From assembly GCA_965648905.1 (NCBI GenBank), contig CBFGIT010000015.1, positions 10,846 to 74,845 of the forward strand: 64,000 bases of DNA. The letters run 5' to 3'. Below are positions 38,126 to 46,789 of the stretch, one piece after another. The notes beneath the pieces were generated by a model that saw only the letters and a program-made list of their open reading frames with translations, was not told the DNA's origin and made no database searches. Position numbers and translations under genes: made by a program. Positions within the stretch are counted from its first letter, which is position 1, and each line of letters begins with the position of its first letter. Source of the stretch: a candidate division WOR-3 bacterium (GTDB lineage Bacteria; Hydrothermota; Tepidihabitantia; Tepidihabitantales; Tepidihabitantaceae).

Positions 38126-39684
38126 TTGGTTTGCTCGGGTCTGACCGCCACTGGCACGGCATTCTGCATCAGGAAGGAGCTTGCTCAGTCGCGGATAGCC
38201 TGGGCCAGCTTGCCGGACTGGCCGTGCTTGCGCTTGACCGCGTGCCTTCCGATGAAGAAGCCCGGGTCATTGCGGAGTATGTCCGTTGCGGAGGCGCGGT
38301 GTTAAGCGGCGCTCGGGCCGCGGGCCGGGTGTGGCCCGAGCTCAAGCCCTCTCGTCGACGCATCAAGTATCTTGTTGCCGACGACTCGGCCTTCTTTCGT
38401 AACGTCGGGCTGGTCGACCTGGAGACCGACGGGTGGCAACTGCCGGACGCACGTTACGGTCAGACCGATTCAGGACGGCCGGCGATCGTCGCCGGTCAGA
38501 TTGCCCGCGGCTGGTTGGTGGTCTTGCCGTTCGAACCCGCTTCAGTCCTCGCCGATGCCGCCTCGTGCCCACGTCGTTTCCTCTCCGACGCACCCCGGTT
38601 CCCGAGCGAAACGGTTTCCCGAGTCAGCCGGGGCGAGGTACGTCGGCTTCTGGCCAACTGCCTCAGATGGCTAATCAATCAACGAGGCCTTCCCTACGTG
38701 CATCTGGCATACGTGCCGTTCGGTCGCGACAGCGCAGTCGGGTTTCGCGTGGACACCGACTTCGGCACGCACGCTGAGCTTGAAGCGACGACCGAACTTG
38801 CCCGGGCGGCCGGAATGAAGTTCAGTTGGTACGTGAACGTCGAGCATCACCGTGAGGAACTCGACTTCTTCCGCGACTTGGAGCAGAGCGGTCATGACGT
38901 CGGGGTGCACTGCCTGAGACATACGGTCCGCCACGACTATCAGCACAATCGCACCGAGTTCGGTCAGGCCCGGCAGAGGTTGCTGGATGCAGGACTTAAC
39001 CCGGTTGGAGTGGCTGCTCCTTACGGCGAGTGGAGCCTCTCGCTCGATCGGGCCTACAGTGAACTCGGTTTCGTCTATTCGTCGGAGTTCTCTTACGCTT
39101 ACGACGACTTGCCGTCAAGGCCGGTTGTCGGTGACCATGTGAGCCAGGTTCTGCAGGTTCCGGTACACCCGATTTGCACTGGACGTCTGCTGGCCGCCCG
39201 CGCGGTCAGGTCTGAGGTTGTCCGGTACTTCCTGCGCTGCGTGGAGCGACAGGTCGCCCGACAGGAGCCGTGTCTGCTTTATGACCATCCGACTCATGTT
39301 GCCGGCGAGTTCGAGGTCTGGCGCGAGGTGCTGGATCACGGACGCCAGCGTTGCGGTATGTGGACGACTCTGGCCGAGCTTGCTCGATTCTGGCAGCGCC
39401 GCGAGCAGGTCAGACTGGGTGTCGAAGTGACCAGAGACAGGGTCAGCATCGACATGGCCGTGCCGGCAGAGGACTGCCCGGTGGTCGTTGAGTTTGCCGG
39501 CCAGTATTCCATCCTGCCGCCAACAGCAGGCGAGTACGCGCTCAGCGGCTTGGCGTGGCTCCAGTTTCCCGAGCCGTGCCGGTTCGACCCTGTTCTGGCC
39601 CGGATACGGCAGCCGAGCGCCGCCTTCAAATTGAAGGAATTACATCGTCATCTGTTGAAGCACTTGCAGAGCAGGCGTGCGTAG
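38122..39684 (+). CDS. Polysaccharide deacetylase-like protein
   Basis: FRVDTD, GHDVGVH...H, AAPYG.W, YSS, LYDHP resemble CE4/NodB-type motifs; located in a GT cluster. Confidence 0.65.
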   Translation: MIGLLGSDRHWHGILHQEGACSVADSLGQLAGLAVLALDRVPSDEEARVIAEYVRCGGAVLSGARAAGRVWPELKPSRRRIKYLVADDSAFFRNVGLVDLETDGWQLPDARYGQTDSGRPAIVAGQIARGWLVVLPFEPASVLADAASCPRRFLSDAPRFPSETVSRVSRGEVRRLLANCLRWLINQRGLPYVHLAYVPFGRDSAVGFRVDTDFGTHAELEATTELARAAGMKFSWYVNVEHHREELDFFRDLEQSGHDVGVHCLRHTVRHDYQHNRTEFGQARQRLLDAGLNPVGVAAPYGEWSLSLDRAYSELGFVYSSEFSYAYDDLPSRPVVGDHVSQVLQVPVHPICTGRLLAARAVRSEVVRYFLRCVERQVARQEPCLLYDHPTHVAGEFEVWREVLDHGRQRCGMWTTLAELARFWQRREQVRLGVEVTRDRVSIDMAVPAEDCPVVVEFAGQYSILPPTAGEYALSGLAWLQFPEPCRFDPVLARIRQPSAAFKLKELHRHLLKHLQSRRA

Positions 39685-39700
39685 GCTATAGTCGGATGCT

Positions 39701-40735
39701 ATGAAAGTGCTCTTTGGGACCTATGCAGCTTCGAGCATACTGGGCGGCGGCGTTGACGTGCAGGTTCGGGCGCTGGCCCGTGAGGCCGCTGCCCACGGCG
39801 TAGAGGTTGAGCTCTTCGACCCCTGGGGCAAGTACCGGCTTGAGGACTATGACCTGTTTCACCTTTTTGCGTCACACGTTGGTACCTACCATCTCGGCCG
39901 GGCATTGCACGGTTTGGGAATGCGGCTCCTGCTTACTCCGGTCTTCTACAGCCGCCACTCGCCCGCGAGGGTTGCGGCCCTGCTCAGCGTCGCCCGAAGA
40001 CTCAGGAGCAGGGGTGGCTTCTGGACCGAGCACATGTTCTGCAAGGAGCTGTGCGACATGGCCGAGTTGCTGTTGCCCAATACCCGAGAGGAGATGGAGA
40101 TGATGGCGAGGGCATTCGGTGTTCCGGCTGCCCGAATGGTCGAATTGCCCAATGGCGTGGAGGAGAGGTTCCTCGATTCCAAGCCCGATGTCTTCGTCCG
40201 GGAATACGGCCTGAGGGACTTCATCCTCTACGTCGGACACATCGGTTGGGGTCGGAAGAACGTTCTTCCGCTGCTCAACGTACTGAAACGTATGGGGCAC
40301 CCGTCCGTGCTTATCGGGCCTGTGATCCAGAACGACTACGCTCGTCGCTGCCGCGAAGTAATTGAATCCAGCCCCAACATCAGGTTGATTCCCGGGCTGC
40401 CCTCGGATTCACCGCTGCTCGAGTCAGCCTACGCGGCCTGCGATACGATGGTGCTGCCGTCGTACTACGAAACACCGGGTCTGGCAGCACTCGAGGCCGG
40501 ACTTGCCGGCGCCAAGGTATGCATCACCAGGTACGGCGGCACAACCGAGTACTTCGGTGAGCACGCGCTCTATCTGGAACCGCACTCCGAGGAGTCACTC
40601 GAAAGTGCGCTGCGAGCTTCACTGGCCCGCAGCCGGGACTCCTCGTTGCGCGAAAGGATTGCGGCCAACTACCTCTGGCGGCATGCGGGGAAGAGGCTCG
40701 TCGAGGTCTACTCCGCGCTCCCTAGTCCTGAATGA
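39701..40735 (+). CDS. Glycosyltransferase family 4
   Basis: PNGV, YVG....RKN, LPSYYETPGLAALEA. Confidence 0.9.
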   Translation: MKVLFGTYAASSILGGGVDVQVRALAREAAAHGVEVELFDPWGKYRLEDYDLFHLFASHVGTYHLGRALHGLGMRLLLTPVFYSRHSPARVAALLSVARRLRSRGGFWTEHMFCKELCDMAELLLPNTREEMEMMARAFGVPAARMVELPNGVEERFLDSKPDVFVREYGLRDFILYVGHIGWGRKNVLPLLNVLKRMGHPSVLIGPVIQNDYARRCREVIESSPNIRLIPGLPSDSPLLESAYAACDTMVLPSYYETPGLAALEAGLAGAKVCITRYGGTTEYFGEHALYLEPHSEESLESALRASLARSRDSSLRERIAANYLWRHAGKRLVEVYSALPSPE

Positions 40736-40816
40736 CTGGGGCCGCCCCACAACAATCCAGACGGATGGGACTCTTGGCGCGTGTAGTTTACATAATGGGA
40801 GTTATCGGAACCAGGC

Positions 40817-41185
40817 CTAGAACCTGAACCAACTCTCAGCCAGCCCGCCCAGCAAAGGCATCTTCCAGTACTTGCCGCTGGCCGACTGTATGATGCCGAT
40901 TATCGCCATCACAAACGCGAACAGCCATCCCACCGGCCAGATGACGAACCAGCCGATGAACGGAATCGCGCCGACGATACTCACCGCGAACCAGAAGATC
41001 GTCAGGACAATGCCCTGCTTGACGTGGAACTTGCAGAACGCGTTCTCCTTGTTGGCGAGCATTGGCACAAGCCAGAGAATACCTAGATACGAGAGCCAAG
41101 CCATTGACTTGCCCTTCTCGACATCCTCGGAGCCTCTCTCAGGCGGTGCAGCGGTCTCGACTATCTTCTTCTCTTCATCAGCCAT
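40817..41185 (-). CDS. DUF4870/Tic20-like small membrane protein
   Basis: LSYLGILWLVP...FCKFHVKQG...GIIQ..SGK...MPLLG; GGAG RBS. Confidence 0.85.
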   Translation of the reverse strand: MADEEKKIVETAAPPERGSEDVEKGKSMAWLSYLGILWLVPMLANKENAFCKFHVKQGIVLTIFWFAVSIVGAIPFIGWFVIWPVGWLFAFVMAIIGIIQSASGKYWKMPLLGGLAESWFRF

Positions 41186-41217
41186 TTATGACTCCTTTCG
41201 GGCAGTTGTTTCATAGA

Positions 41218-41634
41218 CTAGACCATCAGACGTTCTGTGTAGGCGCTCACGACCGGAATCCTCCAGCGCTGTCCTGACAGACAGTGGGCGATTCCTATTA
41301 CCGCAATGACGATATAGGCGCCCGTGACCACAAGGCCGAGCGGGTAGTGTATCATCCAAGCTACAGCACGGAAGACAAAGCCCAAGATGAGCATGTTACC
41401 AAGCACCTTGCCGAGCAGGAAGTCCGAAATCCAGACTCCCAACCAGAACACAAAAAGAGCGAGCTGCACGACCATGCTCTGCCGGCCGTGGAAGCGTGCG
41501 AACTCATCAGTCCGGGCAAAGAAGACCGGTACGAAGAAGAGCACCGGCAGATAGCCGACCGCAGCTATGACTGTACTCTCGTGCGAGGGCTTCTCTGCGC
41601 TGGTGAGCGTCGGGCCATCTTCGTTGCTCAACAA
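41218..41634 (-). CDS. DUF4870/Tic20-like membrane protein (paralog)
   Basis: GYLPVLFFVP...FARFHGRQS...G..WRIPVV. Confidence 0.8.
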   Translation of the reverse strand: MLSNEDGPTLTSAEKPSHESTVIAAVGYLPVLFFVPVFFARTDEFARFHGRQSMVVQLALFVFWLGVWISDFLLGKVLGNMLILGFVFRAVAWMIHYPLGLVVTGAYIVIAVIGIAHCLSGQRWRIPVVSAYTERLMV

Positions 41635-41639
41635 GTGAG

Positions 41640-41667
41640 ACTATAGCTTCGAGATGGATGATGTCAA
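41640..41667 (-). promoter_or_regulatory. Putative sigma70 promoter (leaderless mRNA)
   Basis: TTGACA-16 bp-TATAGT, 5 nt before TTG 41634. Confidence 0.6.
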
Positions 41668-41729
41668 GCAGGTTGAGCAGAAGGGCCAACAGCCCGTTAC
41701 CAGGGTGGCAGGGGTTCGGGTCGTCGGCG

Positions 41730-41900
41730 GCGTCGTGGGGGCACAAGGAGCAGGCCGGGGCTGGTCGGCACGTGCGCGGCAGCGCCGTACAAGTTGGAAT
41801 GCGGTCCGCAAGAAGGTGCGGCGGTATGCGGCTGAAGGACCGGCCGGACTGCTTGACCGGTCGCGGCGTCCACACCACAGCCCGCGCCGCACGCCGGACA
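41730..41900 (+). pseudogene. Remnant of IS481-like transposase N-terminal helix-turn-helix
   Basis: Translation ...NAVRKKVRRYAAEGPAGLLDRSRRPHHSPRRTP matches the 'W..RY..EG..GL.DRSRRP..SP' motif; no DDE domain follows. Confidence 0.75.
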
Positions 41901-42035
41901 TTGACAGGACAACAGGGCCGGACCGCAGCAAGACCGTGTACCTGTTCAAGCACGCTGCGGCCGGCGAGCAATCGACTCTTGAACCCTCGACTTCACGATC
42001 TCAGCCTTGAACCTGCGCGTCCGCGGCGCGCGGCG

Positions 42036-42401
42036 CTACTTCACGTTTATCAGCCCGAAGCGCAGGAACTTCATCACGTCCTCGTCGAGGCCGCGCACCT
42101 TCCACTTGGCGATGAGCGCATCGGTCTCGTTCTTCAACACCTTGCCGGTGTAGATGTTGGACTTCTTCCACAACTCGCGGCAGTAGTTCAGGTAGCTGAC
42201 ATACAGGGCCGAGGGGATACCTGAGTTGTCGATTGCCTCCTTGGCCTGTAGTTCAAAGTTCGCCAGCTCGGTCTGACGCGCCTGATGCCGGGCCAGAGCA
42301 TACTCGCGCACGTCATCGCTGGTCTGCTTTGTCCGCTCCGGCTTGGTCTTGGTTGCGTACTTGAACTGCCGGTCGATGTTGTCTCTGATTCTTCCGGGCA
42401 T
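42036..42401 (-). CDS. 121-aa helical protein resembling the SIRV2-type (Adnaviria) filamentous-virus major capsid protein
   Basis: AAAGGA RBS and ATG 42401; coding-like codon usage; basic N-terminal arm followed by a helical bundle; colinear by-eye similarity to the rudivirus MCP. The gene call is strong; the product call is inference. Confidence 0.7.
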   Translation of the reverse strand: MPGRIRDNIDRQFKYATKTKPERTKQTSDDVREYALARHQARQTELANFELQAKEAIDNSGIPSALYVSYLNYCRELWKKSNIYTGKVLKNETDALIAKWKVRGLDEDVMKFLRFGLINVK

Positions 42402-42517
42402 TGTTCTGTCCTTTCTGCTGCCTCTGCGGCCTGGCGGCTGCAGGTCCGGCTGAACGCGGACACGCCCGACGTTCGCAGCGCGCGAGCCACGCACGCACAG
42501 CCGAAGCAGCCACGAAG

Positions 42518-42546
42518 AGTATAGCTGCGCAAGTCGCCCGGCGCAA
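42518..42546 (-). promoter_or_regulatory. Putative sigma70 promoter for the MCP-like gene
   Basis: TTGCGC-17 bp-TATACT, ~115 nt upstream of ATG; lies between the gene and the 12-bp array. Confidence 0.6.
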
Positions 42547-42657
42547 GACCAAGCGTCCCCCTAAGCCACTAATCCTGGACGCGCGGCGCAACTCCTGCGG
42601 CTTAGCGCTGATATACCACGCGGGCATACGCAGAGTAAACGGGTACTATCACCAGCG

Positions 42658-42960
42658 GGGCGTACCAGACATAGACCGATAGGGTATTGCCACGGTAGTA
42701 GCCAGGGGGCTAGCCCCGGGCCACGGGGAGGTATACCCCAGGGTATGCCCTGTCGGCTTACCGGGATTAGAACCTGCAATAAGACCGGCGGTAGACCTCG
42801 AGGTAGCATGACCGATAATAGCCGTCCGTCTAATGGTACTAACCTCTCCAGAGGGCGAACGAACGGGCGGCCGCTGCGCCGAGCAAAGCTGCAACAGCAA
42901 GCCGGCCAAGAGGTTAGCCTCATCGGCCCCCGCTTCGGCTGCCTGTCCGGACGGCGAGTT
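42658..42960. repeat. Degenerate non-coding array with 12-bp period upstream of the MCP-like gene
   Basis: 12-mers: catagaccgata, gggtattgccac, ggtagtagccag, ggggctagcccc, gggccacgggga, ggtataccccag, ggtatgccctgt, cggcttaccggg, attagaacctgc, aataagaccggc, ggtagacctcga, ggtagcatgacc, gataatagccgt; TA at columns 3-4 in most units. Continues phase-shifted (cggcccccgctt cggctgcctgtc cggacggcgagt). Confidence 0.72.
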
Positions 42961-43095
42961 CCGCGCGGCCTTCAGAGGTGTGACGAATGAGTCAGCCTCT
43001 TGCCGGTTTGGGCGCGCGACTGGCTGTTGGCGCACCGGCAGACCCGGCGCGCACTACGCGGTGTGCAAACCTGAGCAGCCGGACGACGAAAGGCA

Positions 43096-43277
43096 GTACC
43101 CTTGGAGCTCTTGGTGAGCTTGGTGGTTCAATCTCGGACTCGGGGTTGTGCCTGAGCCCTGGTTCCGACACTGGAGCAACCGCAGAGGCCAACTGTCGAA
43201 GTTCGAAGGTCGAAGCTCGAAGTTCGAACGTACCCTTGGAGCTCTTGGTGAACTTGGTGGTTCAATTTCGGATTCGG
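43096..43277. repeat. 48-bp direct repeat pair (43096-43143, 43230-43277) enclosing a 7-bp TCGAA tandem tract
   Basis: GTACCCTTGGAGCTCTTGGTGA(G/A)CTTGGTGGTTCAAT(C/T)TCGGA(C/T)TCGG occurs twice; TCGAA at 43196, 43203, 43210, 43217, 43224. Confidence 0.9.
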
Positions 43278-43694
43278 AGCTGTGGGCTTGACTGGGCGCA
43301 GAGCCGAACTAGACTTGTTCGTCCTCAAAGACCAGGCAAGCCGAAGTGCCCGGCAAGGAGAAAGCGGCTGACCATGTCCTGCCCGCTGTTTGTCTCTAAG
43401 CTCAGCAGGGCGCTCAAGAGAGCCCTGCCATCTGAGCCTGTAACTTCCCGCTCCAGCCGGGGTCGGGGCGGGCGTACCTCGGCCTTGACCGTTGCACCAG
43501 TCTCCGCCGCACAAGCGGTGAGATTCAGGGAGGTGCTGATATGAACACAGCAGGCCCAACCTTCGCCAATCTCCAACCTCGTCCTTCTGGGTGAGGTGCC
43601 AATAATCATGTGCAATGTCCCTGGAACCGCAGAACCGAACCGCGGATTCCTGCCCGGAGTGCGGCCAGTGCCTCATGTCCGCGGCCGAGCCGCC

Positions 43695-45704
43695 CTATGG
43701 ACGCCGGACGTTGCCGCTGTCGTTACTCGCGAACGTGTTTGCGGCCTCGAGTGTGTCCGGGTCTGGATACTCGGTCCCGTCGAGGTATATGCCCCATGCT
43801 CTGCTGTCGGAGATGTAGGAGCCGGAAATGTCAGGAACGGCATCGGTAATGACGACATTACCCTTGTCGTCACCTCCCCCGTAGGAGATTCGGCAGTTCC
43901 TGATTCGGCAAATGGTATCAATCGCCTGCCTCCAGAACGACAGCCCGCGCCAGTCGCCAGGCTGCGGGTTCTCGGCTGCTGAGGTGAACTCTATCTGCCC
44001 GGCCGTGCCGTCCGCAATCAATCCGCCGCTGGCGACTGTGTCGCCGATGATGATGCCTGTCCCGGACTGGAACTGCAGGGTCGCACCAGGTTCGATCGCG
44101 ACCACCGGTCCGCTGTCTCCCGAGACCTGCACACTCGCTCGGAAGACATAGGGAACCCCAGGGCTGCGCCAGTTGCCGGAGGTCACGACTCTGCCGCCGT
44201 CAACCAGCACGATGTCTCCACCCGGGCCGTTGCCGGTCAGATTGTTGCCGGGTCCGATCCGACTGATACCCTCGGCCGGCAGACGCAACGCCGGGCCGAC
44301 GCACGTGGTGACGATGTTGTTGCTGAAGTCGTTGAGGTAGCCGCCCACACACACGACTCCAGCACCGCCGCTCTGCCGTATCACGCAATTGCTCAGACTC
44401 AACCCGATGCTGGCGCTCTCCCGCACCGCAGCGGCGTTACCCGCTCCGGCAAACTCCACGATGCAGTGGCTTAGCCGAGACCCGGCCAAGGTCCGGCCAA
44501 GGAATGCCAACCCTCGCCAGTCGCCGCGCGCCGGGGTCTCGGCATCAGACGTGAAGGTCACATTCGAATTGGCAGTGCCGACGGCAACGACGCCGCCCGG
44601 ACCTGCCCGTCCGCATTCAATACCGGCACCGGTTCGAAACCTGATGGTCACGCCCGGCTCGATGGTCAGCATCGGCACAGCCGAGCCGCCGACCTGGATT
44701 GTGGCATCCTCTTCGACGACATAAGGCATGCCAAGGTTGAACCACATGCCGCTGCCCGCGAGCGCACCGGCGCCGACGAGGATGTAGTCACGGCCATTAC
44801 CGGCCAAGCGATTTCCGGGCCTGAGAAACCGAACTCCCTCGGGCGGCACTCTGACCGGATAGGAGGCGCAGCCGGTCACTGTGTTGGAGTCGAAGTCAAC
44901 GCAGTGCCCCTGAAACGTGTTGTCAATGCCGGCACCGGCACTTCCCACGATGGTCGTGTGGTCCATCCTGACAATCGCGCCCATGAACAGGAAGAACGCT
45001 GCCCCGCCTGCATCACCGGCGTGCTCTATCCGGCAGTAGCTGAGCACCGAGCTTCGTCGTGTGCCTTCGTAACAGCGCACGCCATACCAGGACCCGGGAC
45101 CAGGAGTAGATGAGTTCGACCGAAACAGGATGAGCGAATCAGGCTTCCCGACCGCGGACAGCTCACCGGCCGAACCCCAGCCGACCGTGAGGCCGGCACC
45201 GTCGTCGAACCGGACATCGCAACCGGGCAGGATGGTCAGCTTTGCACCATGGCAGACGCTGACGCTGGTCGTAACCACGTGCGGGTTGCCCGAGGGCCAC
45301 CAGACTTCGTTTGCGGTGATGTCTGTGCCGTGCGTTGTCGGCCCTGAGCCTCCGGCAATGCTGACAACGCACGTATCCTCGGCCGTATTGCCCCAGCGGT
45401 CTTGAACCCGGGCAACGATACGGTGGGTGCTTCCTGGCCTCTCCCCTGTCGCATCCCAGGTGCAGCGAAACGTATCAGAAGCACTACTCCCGGTGCTGTC
45501 GAGCAGCAGCGTATCAGCATAGACCGCGACCCAGCTCAGGTGCTTGTCGTCAGTTGCGACCACGGTCACTTGTGTTTCGGCAGCGGCGATCACTGCGTTC
45601 CGGGCCGGTTCTGTCACTTCCACCAACGGGGCGGTCTTGTCCTTGAAGGCGCAGCCGATGGTGATCGCCAGCCCGGCCGCAAACAGCATGAAACGTCCTG
45701 ACAT
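43695..45704 (-). CDS. Lipoprotein with Ig-like domain and right-handed beta-helix repeats
   Basis: GGAGG RBS; ITIGC lipobox; three 'PY....LTI.PG....F..GAG...G.L.A.G.....FTS...PGDW.G' repeats. Confidence 0.8.
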   Translation of the reverse strand: MSGRFMLFAAGLAITIGCAFKDKTAPLVEVTEPARNAVIAAAETQVTVVATDDKHLSWVAVYADTLLLDSTGSSASDTFRCTWDATGERPGSTHRIVARVQDRWGNTAEDTCVVSIAGGSGPTTHGTDITANEVWWPSGNPHVVTTSVSVCHGAKLTILPGCDVRFDDGAGLTVGWGSAGELSAVGKPDSLILFRSNSSTPGPGSWYGVRCYEGTRRSSVLSYCRIEHAGDAGGAAFFLFMGAIVRMDHTTIVGSAGAGIDNTFQGHCVDFDSNTVTGCASYPVRVPPEGVRFLRPGNRLAGNGRDYILVGAGALAGSGMWFNLGMPYVVEEDATIQVGGSAVPMLTIEPGVTIRFRTGAGIECGRAGPGGVVAVGTANSNVTFTSDAETPARGDWRGLAFLGRTLAGSRLSHCIVEFAGAGNAAAVRESASIGLSLSNCVIRQSGGAGVVCVGGYLNDFSNNIVTTCVGPALRLPAEGISRIGPGNNLTGNGPGGDIVLVDGGRVVTSGNWRSPGVPYVFRASVQVSGDSGPVVAIEPGATLQFQSGTGIIIGDTVASGGLIADGTAGQIEFTSAAENPQPGDWRGLSFWRQAIDTICRIRNCRISYGGGDDKGNVVITDAVPDISGSYISDSRAWGIYLDGTEYPDPDTLEAANTFASNDSGNVRRP

Positions 45705-45734
45705 ATGACCTCCTGCAGCGCAGCTCATCATGAC

Positions 45735-46772
45735 CTAGAGCTCAACGGCCAGCGAAAGGCGATGGGACATGCCCAGCCGGCCAAGGTTGCGGTAGTTGTA
45801 GTCCAGACCCAGACCGATCGCGTCTGCCGGACGCACCCGCAGGCCGAGCCCGGCAGACAAACCCGTGCTCAGTCCCGCCTCGCGCGCGTATTCGGCATCG
45901 GCGTTGACGACGTACCCGACTCTGAGCCAGATCGGCTTGAGGCAATACTCCAGCCCGATGTTGACCTTTTCATTGACGTCGTTGAAGTGGTTGAGGTCGA
46001 GGGCTGCGGTCAGGTACGACGCGTCGCGCCGCAGAAGGTCGTAGGCCAGGCCGAACCGGAACGTAACCGGGAGCGGAAATGTCTCGGTGAGATACGAGCC
46101 GGGCAGCTTCTCTCTTGTCCACGGCCATTCGTACCCCGGGTCGTGCGTGAAATTGAGAAGGCCGCCGCTGAACTTGAGGTCCGGGCCGAAGTTGGCAATC
46201 GCCATCCCCAACCTCAGGTTCTGCCAGCCGGTATTGTAGTGCACGCCGAAGTCAAAGGCGAGCCCCGATGCCGCGACGTTCCAGACCTGCTCGGAAACCG
46301 CCTTTGCTGAGAGACCGAATGCGAGCTTGTCGGTGAACATCCGGGCGTAACTCACGCCCAGAGCAAGGTCTCGGGCCGAGAACGTGTTGCCCGTCCCCTG
46401 AGGTTCGTCAATCGTTGTCTCTTCAAAGGTACCATGGTTCAGGGCGGTAACCGCCAGACCGATGCTTCCCGCGTTGGTTGGCAGCACACCAGCAACGTAC
46501 TCATGGCTGACATCGTCAATCCAGTCAGTGTGATTGAAGATCGCCTGGCGCTTTCCCACCAGGGCCAGACCGGCCGGGTTCCAGTATGCCGCGCTGGCGT
46601 CATCGGCGACTGCGACAAACGCTTCGCCCATGCCGGTGCACCGGCCCACGCCGATTTTCAGAAACGGCATGCCGGCCATGCCGACCTTGGTGAAGACGGC
46701 CTGTGTCGAGCCGACCAGCAGAAAGACGACCGAGACGATGGCGACCGTGCACTTGCTCGCTTTGGCTATCAT
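45735..46772 (-). CDS. PorV/PorQ family outer-membrane protein (T9SS shuttle-like)
   Basis: FLKIGVG...GMGEAFVAVADDASAAYWNPAGL signature; beta-barrel C-terminus HRLSL. Confidence 0.85.
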   Translation of the reverse strand: MIAKASKCTVAIVSVVFLLVGSTQAVFTKVGMAGMPFLKIGVGRCTGMGEAFVAVADDASAAYWNPAGLALVGKRQAIFNHTDWIDDVSHEYVAGVLPTNAGSIGLAVTALNHGTFEETTIDEPQGTGNTFSARDLALGVSYARMFTDKLAFGLSAKAVSEQVWNVAASGLAFDFGVHYNTGWQNLRLGMAIANFGPDLKFSGGLLNFTHDPGYEWPWTREKLPGSYLTETFPLPVTFRFGLAYDLLRRDASYLTAALDLNHFNDVNEKVNIGLEYCLKPIWLRVGYVVNADAEYAREAGLSTGLSAGLGLRVRPADAIGLGLDYNYRNLGRLGMSHRLSLAVEL

Positions 46773-46789
46773 GCGCTCTTCCTTTCCGC

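Noticed and set aside
42561..43035. ORFs 42561-42923 (-), 42649-43035 (-) and 42745-42990 (+)
   Set aside because: Their 4-aa periodicity reflects the 12-bp DNA array; there are no recognisable domains or RBS.
43096..43277. Possible CRISPR repeats or attL/attR
   Set aside because: Two 48-bp copies around a low-complexity 86-nt tract; no cas or integrase nearby.
43325..43676. Possible decayed toxin-antitoxin (HEPN 'RDIAHDY' or HicB-like) fragment
   Set aside because: Only a few residues of resemblance, spread over different frames; not supportable.
41900..43700. Intact prophage around the MCP-like gene
   Set aside because: No replication, packaging, integrase or other virion genes are visible; the flanks are ordinary host genes.
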